From Squalus acanthias (Eukaryota), in the NCBI GenBank assembly GCA_030390025.1, contig CM059432.1:89652001-89716000 (forward strand): DNA of 64,000 nt. The letters are read 5' to 3'. Below, in pieces: positions 35,891-48,550 of this stretch (the stretch's first letter is position 1; each line of letters begins with the position of its first letter). The position numbers and the translations under genes were made by a program. Under the pieces are notes generated by a model. That model was not told the origin of the DNA. It was given only the letters and a program-made list of their open reading frames with translations, and ran no database searches.

Positions 35891-38800
35891 GCTGGATAGC
35901 TCTTTGTGGCCGGTGCGGACACGATGGGCCAAAATGGCCTCCTTCCGTGCTGTAACTTTCTATGATTCTATGGGACGGTGGTCTTGAAGTAGGGAAGGTG
36001 GAAAATCTGGTGCAAGGAAGGCCTAAACGTACCTTGTGGAGCCCAGAGGAGAACTTTTGCTCCTCCTTGCCCCACAAAGGAAAGTACAAACCTTACCTGC
36101 AGGGCCTCTTCAGTTTTCTGATCCTCTTCACGCTAACTTTCACCTGGCAGGGAAACTGCTCAGGGTGAAGTTAAAATCGCTGTCGGGGACACATGATGTC
36201 ATTTGACCCCAATAAGCATATGTGGATTAGGATCCTGCTGGCTTTGCGTGGGCAGCTTAGCCGCCTGTCCGGAAGTGTCCATTAAAATTAGACACAGTGG
36301 GATCCAGATGGCTTTCCGGCAGGTATGTAACCCGGGGCATTTTAACTGCCCACCCACCCAGTTTCTGCCAGGCGGATAGAGTTAAAATCCCCCCCACCTC
36401 CCCATGACATTGCAAATCATTAAAGTAAAACTTGAAAGCATTATCCAGTCACATTAAAACCCTTAAGTATGCAAAACCTCAGACACAGTCACAGATATCT
36501 CTTATTTTTAGGAATGTGCAATCAAATTCACTTTTCAATTGGGCTTTTGGCACTACACTTTGTAGGGTGAAGTTCATATTCCCAAAGATAAAGCAGAGGG
36601 GCCAGACTAGGGCAAACTTTTACCCAATACTTTGCTCAAGTGCCAACTACATGGAATTTTCAACTGTTGGCACATTTTAAATAGTCAAATTTATTCAAGC
36701 AAGTTCCCAGCCCATATTGGGCCTGAAGCTTGGAGCTCACCAGAGAAACAGGTAGAAAAAAAGCCCTTATGGGGTTGGTTACATTTAAAGGGAGGCAGCC
36801 AGGTAGGTGCCTGCATATAAGCTTGAAAATTTTGTTGCCCTTTAGAATGGCTGTAAATATTTTGAATGCATATTTCAGTATTTCTAAAGGCTGTTTAGGC
36901 CAAAATAAAAGTATCTAACAGGCTCAACAGTTGTAGATGTTGTTTGTGTGGCAGTATGTCTGCTTGTGTGAGAGTGTAATCGATAAATGAAACCATGCAG
37001 TAGCCTCAAGACCTGAGAACAGATGCTGAAGAAAGTGACACACACGAAGGAAACTTTGTAAGTCTACCAAATGGTTTCATTGAAAGATACGTGGCCCACA
37101 TATGGATGCTACAAAGTTTTCCAGGCTACCTGTTGCACAGTTACTACTGGCCCACGTGAAGCTCTCACATAACCTTACAGATTGCTGGCCATGCACATCC
37201 ATGACGCACATATCTGAAAATACTCATATCTTCAAAAGGATTCATGTTTAAAAGCACTGTAACACAATCTAGCTGCATTAAGCATAATCACCTGACAGTA
37301 CCCAGGACGGGCGATAACGTCAACACATGTCTGCCACTGTACAATTGCTCCTTCAACTAATCTCATAACAAAACTACTTCTCTGCTTAAATGGAAAGATG
37401 ACAACTAATACCAGGCAACAGACACAAACAGGAAAACTCAGAAATTGCAAACTCTTGACTCCTTTGGAGGTGGCCACCTTGGAGAACCTTGCCTATAAAA
37501 GCTTCGAGAAGGCAAGAGAATGTGAAGCAACAGTCCTCCCCAAAATGCAGACTAGAGCCATCCAGATTTTATGTCCTGCTTCCCCACTCCTTCTCACTCA
37601 TTCCCACACAGACATACATACAGGCACACAAACAACACATACAGCTAGTATTTTGTCATGGTAGCTCTATTAGAAGGTGTTTCTTGGAGACATCATTGTA
37701 ACATTAGTCACTTTAGGAACAGCAACCTGCTCGCACTGCCAATGGGTCAGGTCAAGACAGAAACACCCTGCAACAGTCAGTTGTTTCATACATCTGTGGA
37801 CATTATATTGGTGATGATGCCTATGCTAGACCAGAAGAAGGCAAAGCCAAAAATATTGCATGTACTGTTAACCTTGCTTGCCACTGTCAGTATGAACCCT
37901 ACAGTACCGGTTGACTGCAGATGCCCTTGCAGCAGATGGCACCATTCTGTACCTGGCTCCCTACTGACCCAGCACATGTGAAGCCAATCCCCCACTGCCA
38001 GTCCCCACCACATATAGCGTCATTGTGTTAACACGATTTACCCGCTATTAGTGCTGGACGGTAAAACTAATCATCATCTGCTGTGAACCCTGCAGGCTCT
38101 ACTGGTCACTGAAATAGAGACTGGTGTCGGATGTGGCCTCCAGTCCATTCCTGTACTGACCTAGAGAAACGGCAACAGAAAATGCGAGTCTGCCAGCAAA
38201 GAGGGAATTGTGGGAGAGACACACAGCAGCACCGACGCTTCCAACAGTCCTCATCAGGGATAAAATCTGAATACCATACATGGTATTAGCGAGGTGTGAA
38301 GACTGCCCAAAATAGCCGACGCGCTTAATATGTTATAAGTAGCACCTCTGTAATTGACTCTAATGGTTACTGGCAAATGGTTTGCGCCATTTGGCCGATA
38401 TAGGCAGCTGCCCGTGATAAGCGTGGATGGTATAAGTGGTGGGACTGTATTATGTAATTGAGCAGAGCAAAGCAGGTAAAGCAGATTGACTTTTTAGTCA
38501 ATCTGCTCAACATGCTGGTGCAAAGCTGGCAACCCTCCTCGCATATTGCTATCTGGAGCTTTCTTGGGTCCTCTGAAGGCTTTCTCACTGGTATTCTTGG
38601 GTCAGCATCCATTTCTGTGTGTACTGCCCTCTTGAGCATCCTTTAATGGATTGGCTCTCCTAAAGCTCAGCAGCTAATTGTTCATAAATCTGCAAATAGA
38701 AATGGAACCACATTTAATAAAATGATCGTGCAAATCTATAATGGACATTGACATGACAATATTGCTGTGTTTTCTCTACTGTTCATATTTTGCTTCTATT

Positions 38801-41800
38801 GCCCTTATATTGCACAGAATTACTGTCACATTGCAGATATTGCACAATTTGTTTCATACTTATAATCTAGTCAATTAAAGTTATTGCCTCAGATTGTAGT
38901 GGAGATGAGAATGATTATTGATATATTAATTTTAAAATCTAAGGCATTAGCTGTAATATTTTTCCTTTTGTTAAAAAGACATTTTCCAATTTTTTTCTTC
39001 AGAATTGTTCTTCCCCTCTATGCCAATCTATTGATCCCAGTTGATAGTTGGTTCTACAGTATATTGGCTGTTCATTCTCTTGGCTGTAATTTTTCTCAAA
39101 TATTTAGTCATGTGACACACTTTCATCCCATAGGTCCTTATTGCATTAATTTATCATGGGTATCTTTTTTTCTCCGTGTATATATTGTACTTGCATTCAT
39201 GAATAATGTGTGCATTCAGGAATATTGAACGAAAATAATTTGATGTAAAGAGGGTTTGTTGCACATACTGCAGTACACAACACTGTAGAGGAAATTCATC
39301 GTGCTTCCATACACATCAAAACGATATACACACTTCTTCTTACCGACATATATTCTAAATGATTTTTAAAAAAATGCAATTTCCATTATACTGACTTTTT
39401 CTTTTTCCAGTGTAGACTAATGTCTGGTCCGAATACGACTTTGAATTCCAGTCCAGTACACCATGTGCCTAACGTTTATATAGCCCACCCCAAGAATTGG
39501 CTAAACTGCTGTTTTCTCCACCAGCATTAACCATTTACCTCTGTCTTCAACTTGTGTCAAAATTCAAGAACTGACTTTAATGCTGCCCAAATGCAACTTA
39601 ACATCTCGGTGGCTATTGTCCGCCTACTACAAGTCAGCAGCAAAACTTACTGCCAGGCAGGAAATCTCCCCTTTCTGTGAGATGCAGGCAGAAATCTGCT
39701 TGAAACCATTCGCAAAATGAATTCACAGTTTAAATTTAAAATGATCTCACCCTGGAATGGTTTACATTTGAACAGAGCAGAATAGAAAAAAAATCTGGTG
39801 CAATAGATAGAATTTCATTGACTATCGTGATAGAACGTTGTTCATGCTGCTCCAACTAGTGCAAATTTGCTTTGTAGATAATTCTGAGTGCTTCAGGTAC
39901 AGTGTATATAAAAAAATCAATTTTCTTACATAAATCATTGCACTTGGAAAAATGACAGGGAATAAAGAGAATATTTTACTTATTTCATCCAAATGTTGAA
40001 TTTCATCAAGTTAACTCACAATCTCTAAAAAATAATCATACTGCACAAGGACAGTATACAGGAATAGGAAATATGTGCTTATTTTCAACATATGTATAGT
40101 GTGCAGTCAGATTAACACTCATAGGCACATTCAGCAATTTTGATAAGTTTTGCAATAATATGAAATGAAGATTAATGTATGAAATAATCTGAATATTACA
40201 GAAAATGTTGTCAGCCTGTTGTAGAAATAATAGCCCAGTGATATTTGTGGGACAGCTCTATGTAGATATGTGGCTGGCAATAATATGAAAACAGATTTTT
40301 TTTGCATACCCTCTGTATTTAGAATGTGTCTTCTGATAAGATAATAATTCCATAGTGTGCTTTTGTTCATGATACTGATACACACTTAACAGACTGTCTT
40401 TCATCATATTATAAGTTTTGTTCTCCTCAAATGTGGCTGTGACTTTAAATATTTATCCAACTTTTTTGCTAGTGATTAGATATCGAAGCAAGAAGTTAAT
40501 TTTAATTGCAAACTTGACCTTTAGTGTAGTGAGGCTTATCTTTTTTACATGCTCCTCTTTACCATGCCATGACACAATCGCAGTAAAATCCTATCTAGTG
40601 CATTGAATCCTAAATATTTGCTAAGCAGCTATAATCTACCTGCCACATCAGAGTTGTAAATGAGGGTTCATGCATTGCAGAAAGTAGCCATCCATTCCAG
40701 TGTTTACTTTACATAGATAAGGCAAGAGTCAGTCCCTGTTATTGTAAATATACATGGGCAAACTTGGTTCTGCCTCACTGGGAGTTCACATGTATTTTTA
40801 ACTCCTTTCAGTTGTTAATGTATTCCTCAAATGAGATGCATCACCTTGAAGAATGACTTCTTGCCCCTTGGGAATGAGCCAAACAAGTATTTCATTCACT
40901 ATGATAATCAGTTCTACCTCCAGCAATATATGGAACCTAAATTTAATAGGCACCAGTGATTAGGTTTTAAGTTGTAGAATCACCGTTGTCCATTGCAGGA
41001 AAAAAGAAAGGACTGAGAACATGCCCTAAGATTCGTTCAGAAGAAAATTGTGGTGTTTTTGATTATCTATATAAGTCTCAACTTTTGCTCTTAATCTAAA
41101 TCTAAATTCAGCAAAAATTAACAACTGTATTTGATAGCAAAGAAATGTTTTGGTATGATTCTGTACTAATTTATTTGAAAATTATTTTCATAGCAGATTG
41201 ACAAGGAGTGTCTGTAATTATTGTGTACAGTAATTTATATGTAATTTAGTCTTTTGAATTCTTGGACTGATAAGAATAAATAAATTCTTATATTTTTATT
41301 AAAATAAAAGTAACAAAGAAGACAATCATGTAGAAAAGTAACAAATTATCTCTTAAATCACAAAAGCAGCATATAGACAGTAAATTATATGGTGGTTCCA
41401 CATTCCTGGCAAAGCAAGTAGAAATAAATGAAGAAAGATGCTTCTGACAGATCAAGAATGATGCAAGCAGGCTAAAGTTGCAAATGATATGTCAAATGGT
41501 TCTGTCAGATGGGATCGTGGGATTTGTGCTCACTGCAGACTTGGATTTGACTACTGTGCCTTGTCTGTTTGGATATCATGAAGACCCGCAGTTTCCAGAT
41601 GCATACAGCGTCAAATTCCATCTGCCTTATGGCTTCCTAACACTAACTAAGATGGAAAATAAAGCCGTTGAAATCTTCAAAAATAGATTGCAGCAGCGGT
41701 TGACAGTGTAGCTTTGGACTTTAAAAGGGAAATTGTTTACAATATTAATCTACTAGATAATGAAGATCAAGAAAGGCCAAATAAGCATATATGGCTTTTG

Positions 41801-41845
41801 TTTTTAACCACAAGCATAGATTATTCTGGCCACTATGTTAACTTC

Positions 41846-41871
41846 TATATATATATATATATATACATATA
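41846..41871. repeat. (TA)n microsatellite abutting the H3 TIR
   Basis: TATATATA... run directly before GGGGGGAAAATTTGG. Confidence 0.9.
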
Positions 41872-43090
41872 GGGGGGAAAATTTGGTACCTTAGCACCTC
41901 CTGTTAGCACCAGCTGATGGCGCTAACGGGGCGCTAGAGCATTATCGCCAGGGTGAGGCGAATCCAATGCCGCACGCCAAATCCCACCCCCCCCCCGCCA
42001 CCACAGCACCGCCACTAACAGTTATTGCCGGAAGCCTCAACGCTAGGTGGATCGTGACGTCAGTGAGTGTGCAAAACTCACTGAATGCCCAATCTGCAAA
42101 ATTGATTGTCACCACCTAACTTAGCGCCTGGAAGAAACAACAACAGGGAGAGCTGGCGTGAAGCAGCAGGAAGCCGGCTCCAGGGATGTTATTTAAAGGG
42201 ATCATCAGTAATGAGTCGCAGCTGTAGGTTAGTAGAGTTTCAGTGCGTTCTTGTCAGTTTCACATACTGCAAGTCTCATTCCATAATTTCAACGTTATTT
42301 AATATCAGGAGTGTTCTGGCAACTAAAAAGTAGTTACATTTATTCTTTAAAAAAATCAAACTGCTACACTTGGCTACATTAATGGGGGCTCTACTGGCAG
42401 TTGACCTCTCCCTCCAGGTTATACGGCAGGGGGAGTGGAGGCAGCGAGAAAGACTGGAACATGTGGCCAGAATCAGGAGGAGGGCCATCAGGGCTCTCAA
42501 CAGGAGGCCTTACCCTCCAAACGTATTCCGAGAGCACTTCTCCTACCTCCAATTAAGCGAGGAGCAGTGTATTAGAAGGCTCCACTTCACCAAGGAGGTG
42601 GTCACAGAACTCTGCCACCTCCTGCAACCAGACCTCCAGCCTCAGATTAGGGCAACCACGGCTCTCTCAGTGGCAGTAAAGGTCACCGTCACCCTCAATT
42701 TCTTCGCCAGCGGATCCTTCCCGTCTGCAACAGGAGACATAGCTAACATCTTGCAGTTCGCCGTCCATCGCTGCATCCGGGAGATCACAGAGGCTCTCTA
42801 CAGTGGGAGAAGGGATTACATTTTATTCCTCATCACCAGAGAGAAGCAGGACGAGTGTGAATGTGGCTTTGCCAGTATAGCGGGATTCCCCATAGTGCAG
42901 GGCATGATTGACTGCACCCACGTGGCTTTGCGGGCACCGCATAACAATCCTGAGATCTTCTGTAACCGCAAAGGCTACCACTCACTTAATGTGCAGTTGG
43001 TGTGCGACCACAGACAGCTAATCCTCAATGTGAATGCCTGCTATCCTGGCAGCAGCCATGATGCCTTCATCCTGCACCAGACTGGTGTCA
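41872..43090 (+). mobile_element. PIF/Harbinger transposon H3, left arm only (3'-truncated)
   Basis: Left end GGGGGAAAATTTGG...CCTCCTGTTAGCAC...GGCGCTAACGGGGCGC is homologous to the MITE ends; transposase follows. Confidence 0.85.
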
Positions 43091-43113
43091 GACAGGTCGA
43101 GCGTCAGGAATAA
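42370..43113 (+). pseudogene. Harbinger transposase N-terminal portion, open but truncated before the second catalytic Asp
   Basis: 247-aa ORF: [63 protein letters not shown]; lacks the GDxGY and E motifs. Confidence 0.9.
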
Positions 43114-43254
43114 TATCAGTTACAAAATGAATTTATTTAGGATATTAGTTACATCTTTCACAGAAAGACAAAATTTGAATCAGTTTTCCCTCAATCACAC
43201 AGTAACAAGGCTCCATGATTAATTGAGAAGATTAATGTCTTTCTCCAGACGTAA

Positions 43255-43815
43255 GAATAAGAACATAAGAATTAGGAACATGAATAGGCCATATGGCCCC
43301 TCGAGCCTACTCCGCCATTCAATAAGATCATGGATGATCTTCTACCTCAACTCCACTTTCCTGCCCTATCCCCATATCCCTTGATATGGTGAAATATTGA
43401 TAAAAGGAATGATGGTGCAAGGCAAAAGGAGATGGTTCTAGAATCTAGGGAATTTTGGAAGATCACAAACAATGTATCCACTATCTCTGCAGCCATCTCT
43501 TTTAGAACCCTAGGATGTAGGCCATCAGGTCATGGGGATTTGTCGGCTTTTAGTCCCTTTAATTTTTCAAGTACTTCTTCTCTACTGATCTTAATTGCTT
43601 TAAGTTCCTCACTCTCATTAGTCCATTGGTTCCCCATTATTTTTGGTATGCTTTTTGTGTCTTCTACTGTGAAGACAGATACAAAATATTTTTTAAAGTC
43701 TCTGCAATTTCCTTATTTCCCATTATAATTTCTCCTGTCTCAGCTTCTAACGGACCAACGCTTACTTTTGCTACTCTTTTCCTTCTTACATACTGTTGAA
43801 GCTCTTAAAATCTGT
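43255..43815 (-). mobile_element. Two CR1 fragments (3' UTR 43255-43385; ORF2 internal 43430-43815)
   Basis: ATAAGAAC tail and CR1 3' UTR; minus-strand DGLHPRVLKEMAAEIVD-like segment. Confidence 0.85.
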
Positions 43816-44212
43816 TTCTTTATTTTTATAGACACTGGCCATGTGTTTCAATAATGCCATATGTGGATTGTGATTCCGATTGATTGTAAAGTATATTATT
43901 TTTCTATTCTTGGAGTTTTGATTATAAGTAAACAAGTCACACATATCTGCAGCACTAGTGTAAAAGTTAAGACTATAGCTGTGCAAATTACTTTAACGCC
44001 CAGCTTATAATGCAACCAAGTTGAATGTTACTGCTGGATGATTAAGTGACTTCTTCATTTACCCTCCTTTATTATGGCAGGTGTTGGAAGGGGGATTAAA
44101 TGGTTTCAATATCTGGGAAATGATTTAATGAAACTTATATAAACTTGGTGACATAATTTAAGTCAAACTTGATGACTGTTACATTTCCTGGAATTTCGTA
44201 GTAGAAAATAAT

Positions 44213-45815
44213 GGCCCGAAAATTAGACCTAATACGCGAGAGTACGCACTGTGTACTCTCGCGTTTTAGGTCTCCAATTGCCGGTTTCCAGCATGCACTG
44301 CGCATGCGCGGGAAACCGGCACTTCGTGAATTCAAAAGGGGGCGGTTCCTAGGTGAACCGCGTGCGCGCTACAGGCTGTGCGCACGCAGTGCACTTAGTG
44401 CTTTGAACGCGCAGGTAAGCATGTTAGATTTTTACACATAAAGAAAGGAGGCGTAAGACCCTCTTTTAACAAGGTAAGTAGTTAATTAAGTATTATTTTA
44501 AAAAATTTTCAACAGATTTATCTTTTTTAGAGACTTTAAAGAAAGGTAAGTTTATTTTTATAACTATTAAAAAGATTTTAAATTTTTTCAAAAATTTAAT
44601 TTTTTGTTTAAAGTGGTTAATTTATTTAACTATACTTATTTTATTAATGTGATGGCTTTTTAAAAAAATTAATTGAGGTTTAGCTGTTCTTTTGGGGGGG
44701 TCTTCCTGTCAAAACTATGAATGAAAGATGGTGTGCTGCCATTGGCTCTAACTGAATCACGTGATCCCAGAGCTCGCACGAACTAATTGCGTCTCTGGGT
44801 CACGCAAGCACTGCACAGCTGCAGCCTTGAAACTAAAGTTCGTGTGGGCCCGGAGGAAAAAGGTAGGCGCGGAGTGAGATATCGCGGGGAAGCCTTACCC
44901 CCGCGTGAACACTCAGGGGGAGAAATTCAGTATCGCCCCATTTGGGGCGCAATTATCGGCAGGGCGCAAAGATTAGCGCCTGGCGCTAATTATCGCCACC
45001 AACTGCAAACTTGACTTTTATCGCCCCTGGAGGTGATTGCAGCGCTATATCAGGCGCTTCACACCTGTCTTAAGGAGCAAGGCGCTACCTCAGAGCGCTG
45101 GCGAAGCTCATGTAATGTCAGTCAGCAATGGAACACACACACAATGGCACGGGCCAGTTCTTAAAGGGGATGGTTAATCTTGCTTTCCATCCACATCCTG
45201 CTCATTGCAGCCTTGAATCTTGGCCTGGAGAGACTTGCACATCAAATGTGCTGGAAAGAACAATGGAGAGTACCAGGCAAAGAGCTCAGAGTGCAGCCCC
45301 CACAATCTCTGCTAAATCGATACAAGGAATGGCAAATCAAAATGAACCTGCAAAGTGCTGCTCAGTACCCAAAACTACTTCACACAACGTTGAATCTCTC
45401 CAGAAGTCTCTCCCTCTCTCTCTCAGAATGCGTAGTTCAAAAATGGCACCAACAATAAAAGGCAGGAAGTGGTCACCTTTAAATAGCGCTCCCCCTTTCC
45501 CTTCATGACTGCAGCACGCTCCCCTCAACCTGTCGTTGCTAGCGTCAGGCGATAAGGCAGGGGGCGCCACTCAATATCCGCTCCGGGGCGATACCGGGGC
45601 GTTGTGCACTCGAGTGACGTCATGATCTGCTGGCGCAGGAGATCGTGGCGGTAGTGTTTAGCGCCACCGCAAAATGTCTAGTTAATTTCGCGAGCGGCGC
45701 AAACTTCGCCGCGCCTGGGCGCTAGATGCTTTGCGCCCCATTAGCGCCCTCTTAAGGCGCTAACGGGAGGCGCAACCAACTGAATTTTTCCCCCTCAGTG
45801 TTTAATTTCTGGGCC
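44213..45815. mobile_element. Non-autonomous Harbinger-like element, TSD AAT, hosting a MITE
   Basis: GGCCCGAAAATTA and TAATTTCTGGGCC; AAT at 44210-44212 and 45816-45818; GC-rich palindromic ends around an AT-rich core. Confidence 0.8.
44916..45794. mobile_element. Harbinger-type MITE (879 bp), TSD TCA
   Basis: GGGGGAGAAATTCAG and CTGAATTTTTCCCCC; TCA on both sides; right arm is the reverse-complement homologue of the left arm of MITE 11341. Confidence 0.92.
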
Positions 45816-46004
45816 AATAAGACATTTTCACTACATGGTGCATCAACTTAGTATTAATGAATGAACAATCTGTAAGAACTATAGTGAATAACAAAATAAT
45901 AATCAACATCAAATTATGTAACCTTGCAAATAAGTTAATTGAAAGAAAGCATTTTATTTTTCAGAATCTTATCATATCCTCAGGATATTTCTAAGCATTT
46001 CATA

Positions 46005-46850
46005 TAAGCACATAAGAACATAAGAAATAGGAGCAGGAGTAGGCCATTCAGCCCTTCGAGCCTGGTCCGCCATTCAATAAGATCATGGCTGATCTTCGAC
46101 CTCAACTCCACTTTCCCGCACTATCCCCATATCCCTTGATTCCCTTAATATCCAAAAATCTATCAATCTCTGTCTTGAATGTACTCAACGACTGAACATC
46201 CACAGCCCTCTGAGGTAGAGAATTCCAAGGATTCACCACCCTCTGAGTGAAGAAATTTCTCCTTATCTCAGTCCTAAATGGCCCACCCCTTATTCTGAGA
46301 CTGTGACCCCTGGTTCTAGACTCCCCAGCCAGGGGAAACATCCTCCCAGCATCTACCCCGTCAAGCCCTGTAAGAATTTTATGTTTCAATGAGATCACCT
46401 CTCATTCTTCTAAACTCTAGGGAATATAGGCCTAGTCTCCTCAACCTCTCCTCATAGGACAATCCCCCCATCCCAGGAATCAATCTGGTGAACCTGTGTT
46501 GCACTCCCTCTATGGTAAGTATATCCTTCCTTAGGTAAGGAGACCAAAACTATACACAATACTGCAGGTGTGGTTTCACCAGGGCCCTATATAATTGCAG
46601 TAAGACTTCTTCGCTCTTATCATTTTGTAATAAAGGCCAACATACCATTGTAATAAAGGCCAACATACCATTGTAATAAAGGCCAACATACCATTTGCTT
46701 TCCTAATTGCTTGCTGTACCTGCATGTTAACTTTCAGTGATTTATGTACAAGGACATCCAGGTCCCTCTGAACACCAACGTTTCCCAATCTCTCCCCATT
46801 TAAAAATATTCTGCATTTCTATTTTTCCTACCAAAGTGGATAACTTCACA
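46005..46850 (-). mobile_element. CR1 LINE 3' fragment containing a 23-bp triplication (46625-46693)
   Basis: RT C-terminal ORFs 46102-46398 and 46576-46788; (TTGTAATAAAGGCCAACATACCA)x3. Confidence 0.93.
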
Positions 46851-46864
46851 ATCCAATTAATAAA

Positions 46865-47165
46865 TTTTTTTGAACTGTAGTTATTGTTTCACTGTTGTTA
46901 TATAGCTAGATGTAGCAGCCAAATTGCACACAGTAAGCTCCCCAAAATAGCAAATTAGATAAATGACGATATAATATTTTATTTGGTGGCATTGATTGAA
47001 AGTGAGAGAAGAATGTTGGCCAGGGCATCAAAAAACACTTGCTTTTCTTTGAATGGTGCCATGGGATCTTTTACACCCACCCTAAAACAGGGGTACAGTT
47101 TAACATCTCATTCAACTCTAAAAATACAGCAGTCCCTCAGTACTGCACTGAGGTTTCAGCTGACA
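46865..47165 (-). mobile_element. Deu-domain SINE, decayed
   Basis: GCAGCCAAATTGCACACAG, GTGCCATGGGATCTTTTAC and TCCCTCAGTACTGCACTG blocks shared with the other SINE copies. Confidence 0.75.
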
Positions 47166-47570
47166 ATATGGCCAAAGTTTTCATCTTCAGGTGGGTCAGA
47201 TGCGGTGGGGCGAGAAAGCGGTCGCGGAACCCGGAAAAACGGGTTTCCCACAGGTCCTGCCGCATTTAATGGCAGGGCCTGATAAGCAGTTCAAAGCTCT
47301 GTTTCCCACCTGCAGCCAGACAGATGGAGAGGCTGGCTGGCTGCGGGCAGGTGGGACTGTGACATCAGGCCGCAGAGAGGAGGGAGGGAGGGATTGGGTG
47401 CGAGGTGGTCCGGGTCAGGATGATCGGAGCCGGAAGAGCATGGGGGGTGGGAGGGTTGAGGATTGGGATTGGAGGATCGGCACTGGAGGAGCATCGGGGG
47501 CGGGGGGGGAGGTTGGGGGCTGGCCGGTGGTCATCGGGGGCGGGGTTGTGAGAGGCTCGGGCCGGCTAAA

Positions 47571-48100
47571 GGAGCATCGTGGGGTAGAGAGGATCGGGGC
47601 CGGGCAGAGGAGCATCGTGGGGTAGAGAGGATCGGGGCCGGCTAAAGGAGCATCGTGGGGTAGAGAGGATCGGGGCCGGGCGGAGGAGCATCGTGGGGTA
47701 GAGAGGATCGGGGCCAGGCAGAGGAGCATCGTGGGGTAGAGAGGATCGGGGCCAGGCAGAGGAGCATCGTGGGGTAGAGAGGATCGGGGCCGGGCAGAGG
47801 AGCATCGTGGGGTAGAGAGGATCGGGGCCGGGCGGAGGAGCATCGTGGGGTAGAGAGGATCGGGGCCGGGCGGAGGAGCATCGTGGGGTAGAGAGGATCG
47901 GGGCCGGGCAGAGGAGCATCGTGGGGTAGAGAGGATCGGGGCCAGGCGGAGGAGCATTGTGGGGTAGAGAGGATCGGGGCCGGGCGGAGGAGCATCGTGG
48001 GGTAGAGAGGATCGGGGCCGGGCGGAGGAGCATCGTGGGGTAGAGAGGATCGGGGCCGGGCAGAGGAGCATCGGGGGGGTAGAGAGGATTGGGGCCGGAG
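47571..48100 (+). repeat. 38-bp minisatellite, 13 near-perfect copies plus degenerate ones
   Basis: Unit GGAGCATCGTGGGGTAGAGAGGATCGGGGCCGGGC(G/A)GA. Confidence 0.96.
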
Positions 48101-48550
48101 GAGCATTGGGAGGGGTGGCGAGGGAGGATCAGGGTTTGAGGATCATCGGGGGAGGGAGAGAGCGGATCGGGGCCGGCGAGAGGAGCATCGGGTGGGGGCT
48201 GTGGTGAAAGGATCGGGACCGGAGGAGCATGGTGGCAGTGGTCAGGACTCGGGAGCCGGAGGAGCATCGGGGCTGGAGGGGGGAGTCCAGGACAGCGAAC
48301 GGGGGCTGGAGGGGGATCGCAGCCCTTGTGGGGGGATCAGAGGCCTCATGGGGGTCTCCAATCGCGGGGAGGTGGGTGAGGCAGAGACGCTGCATCCAGT
48401 AGGTAAGTGTAAAGGCACTTACCTCCTGGATCCAGCAATCCTCGCCTTGCTTTAGCCGGCGGGATTTCCCGAGGCCTGAGAAACCTGACCAGCCAGAGTA
48501 AAATTTGTATTGGTGGTTAAATCTGAGGCACGCCAGCCTCGTTATAATAT

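Larger units (their letters stand above)
31700..35968 (+). mobile_element. Full-length CR1 LINE copy E (~4.27 kb), apparent TSD TATGGG
   Basis: GC-rich 5' UTR with a duplicated ~45-bp unit and two TGACGTC motifs, ORF1, ORF2, TTCTATGATTC tail; TATGGG at 31694-31699 and 35969-35974. Confidence 0.95.
31499..36395. mobile_element. MITE-like element split by the full-length CR1
   Basis: Perfect TIR GGGGGGGATTTTAAC (31499) and GTTAAAATCCCCCCC (36395); about 620 bp once the CR1 is removed. Confidence 0.75.

Noticed and set aside
36718-38700. Possible very old Harbinger- or Myb-like remnant
   Set aside because: Only vague motifs (ATTTAAAGGG, KKVTH-like); no TIR pair, TSD or catalytic motif could be confirmed.
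41478-41711. 77-aa ORF with protein-like composition
   Set aside because: TTG start, no recognisable domain and no convincing exon structure.
42370-43113. Host HARBI1 gene
   Set aside because: Truncated, directly preceded by a TIR, and one of five related transposases in the window, so a transposon copy.
47415-48267. Repetitive Pro-rich ORFs or a CRISPR-like 38-bp array (likewise the 36-bp array at 8337-8640)
   Set aside because: Contiguous minisatellite without spacers; the ORFs are translations of the repeat.
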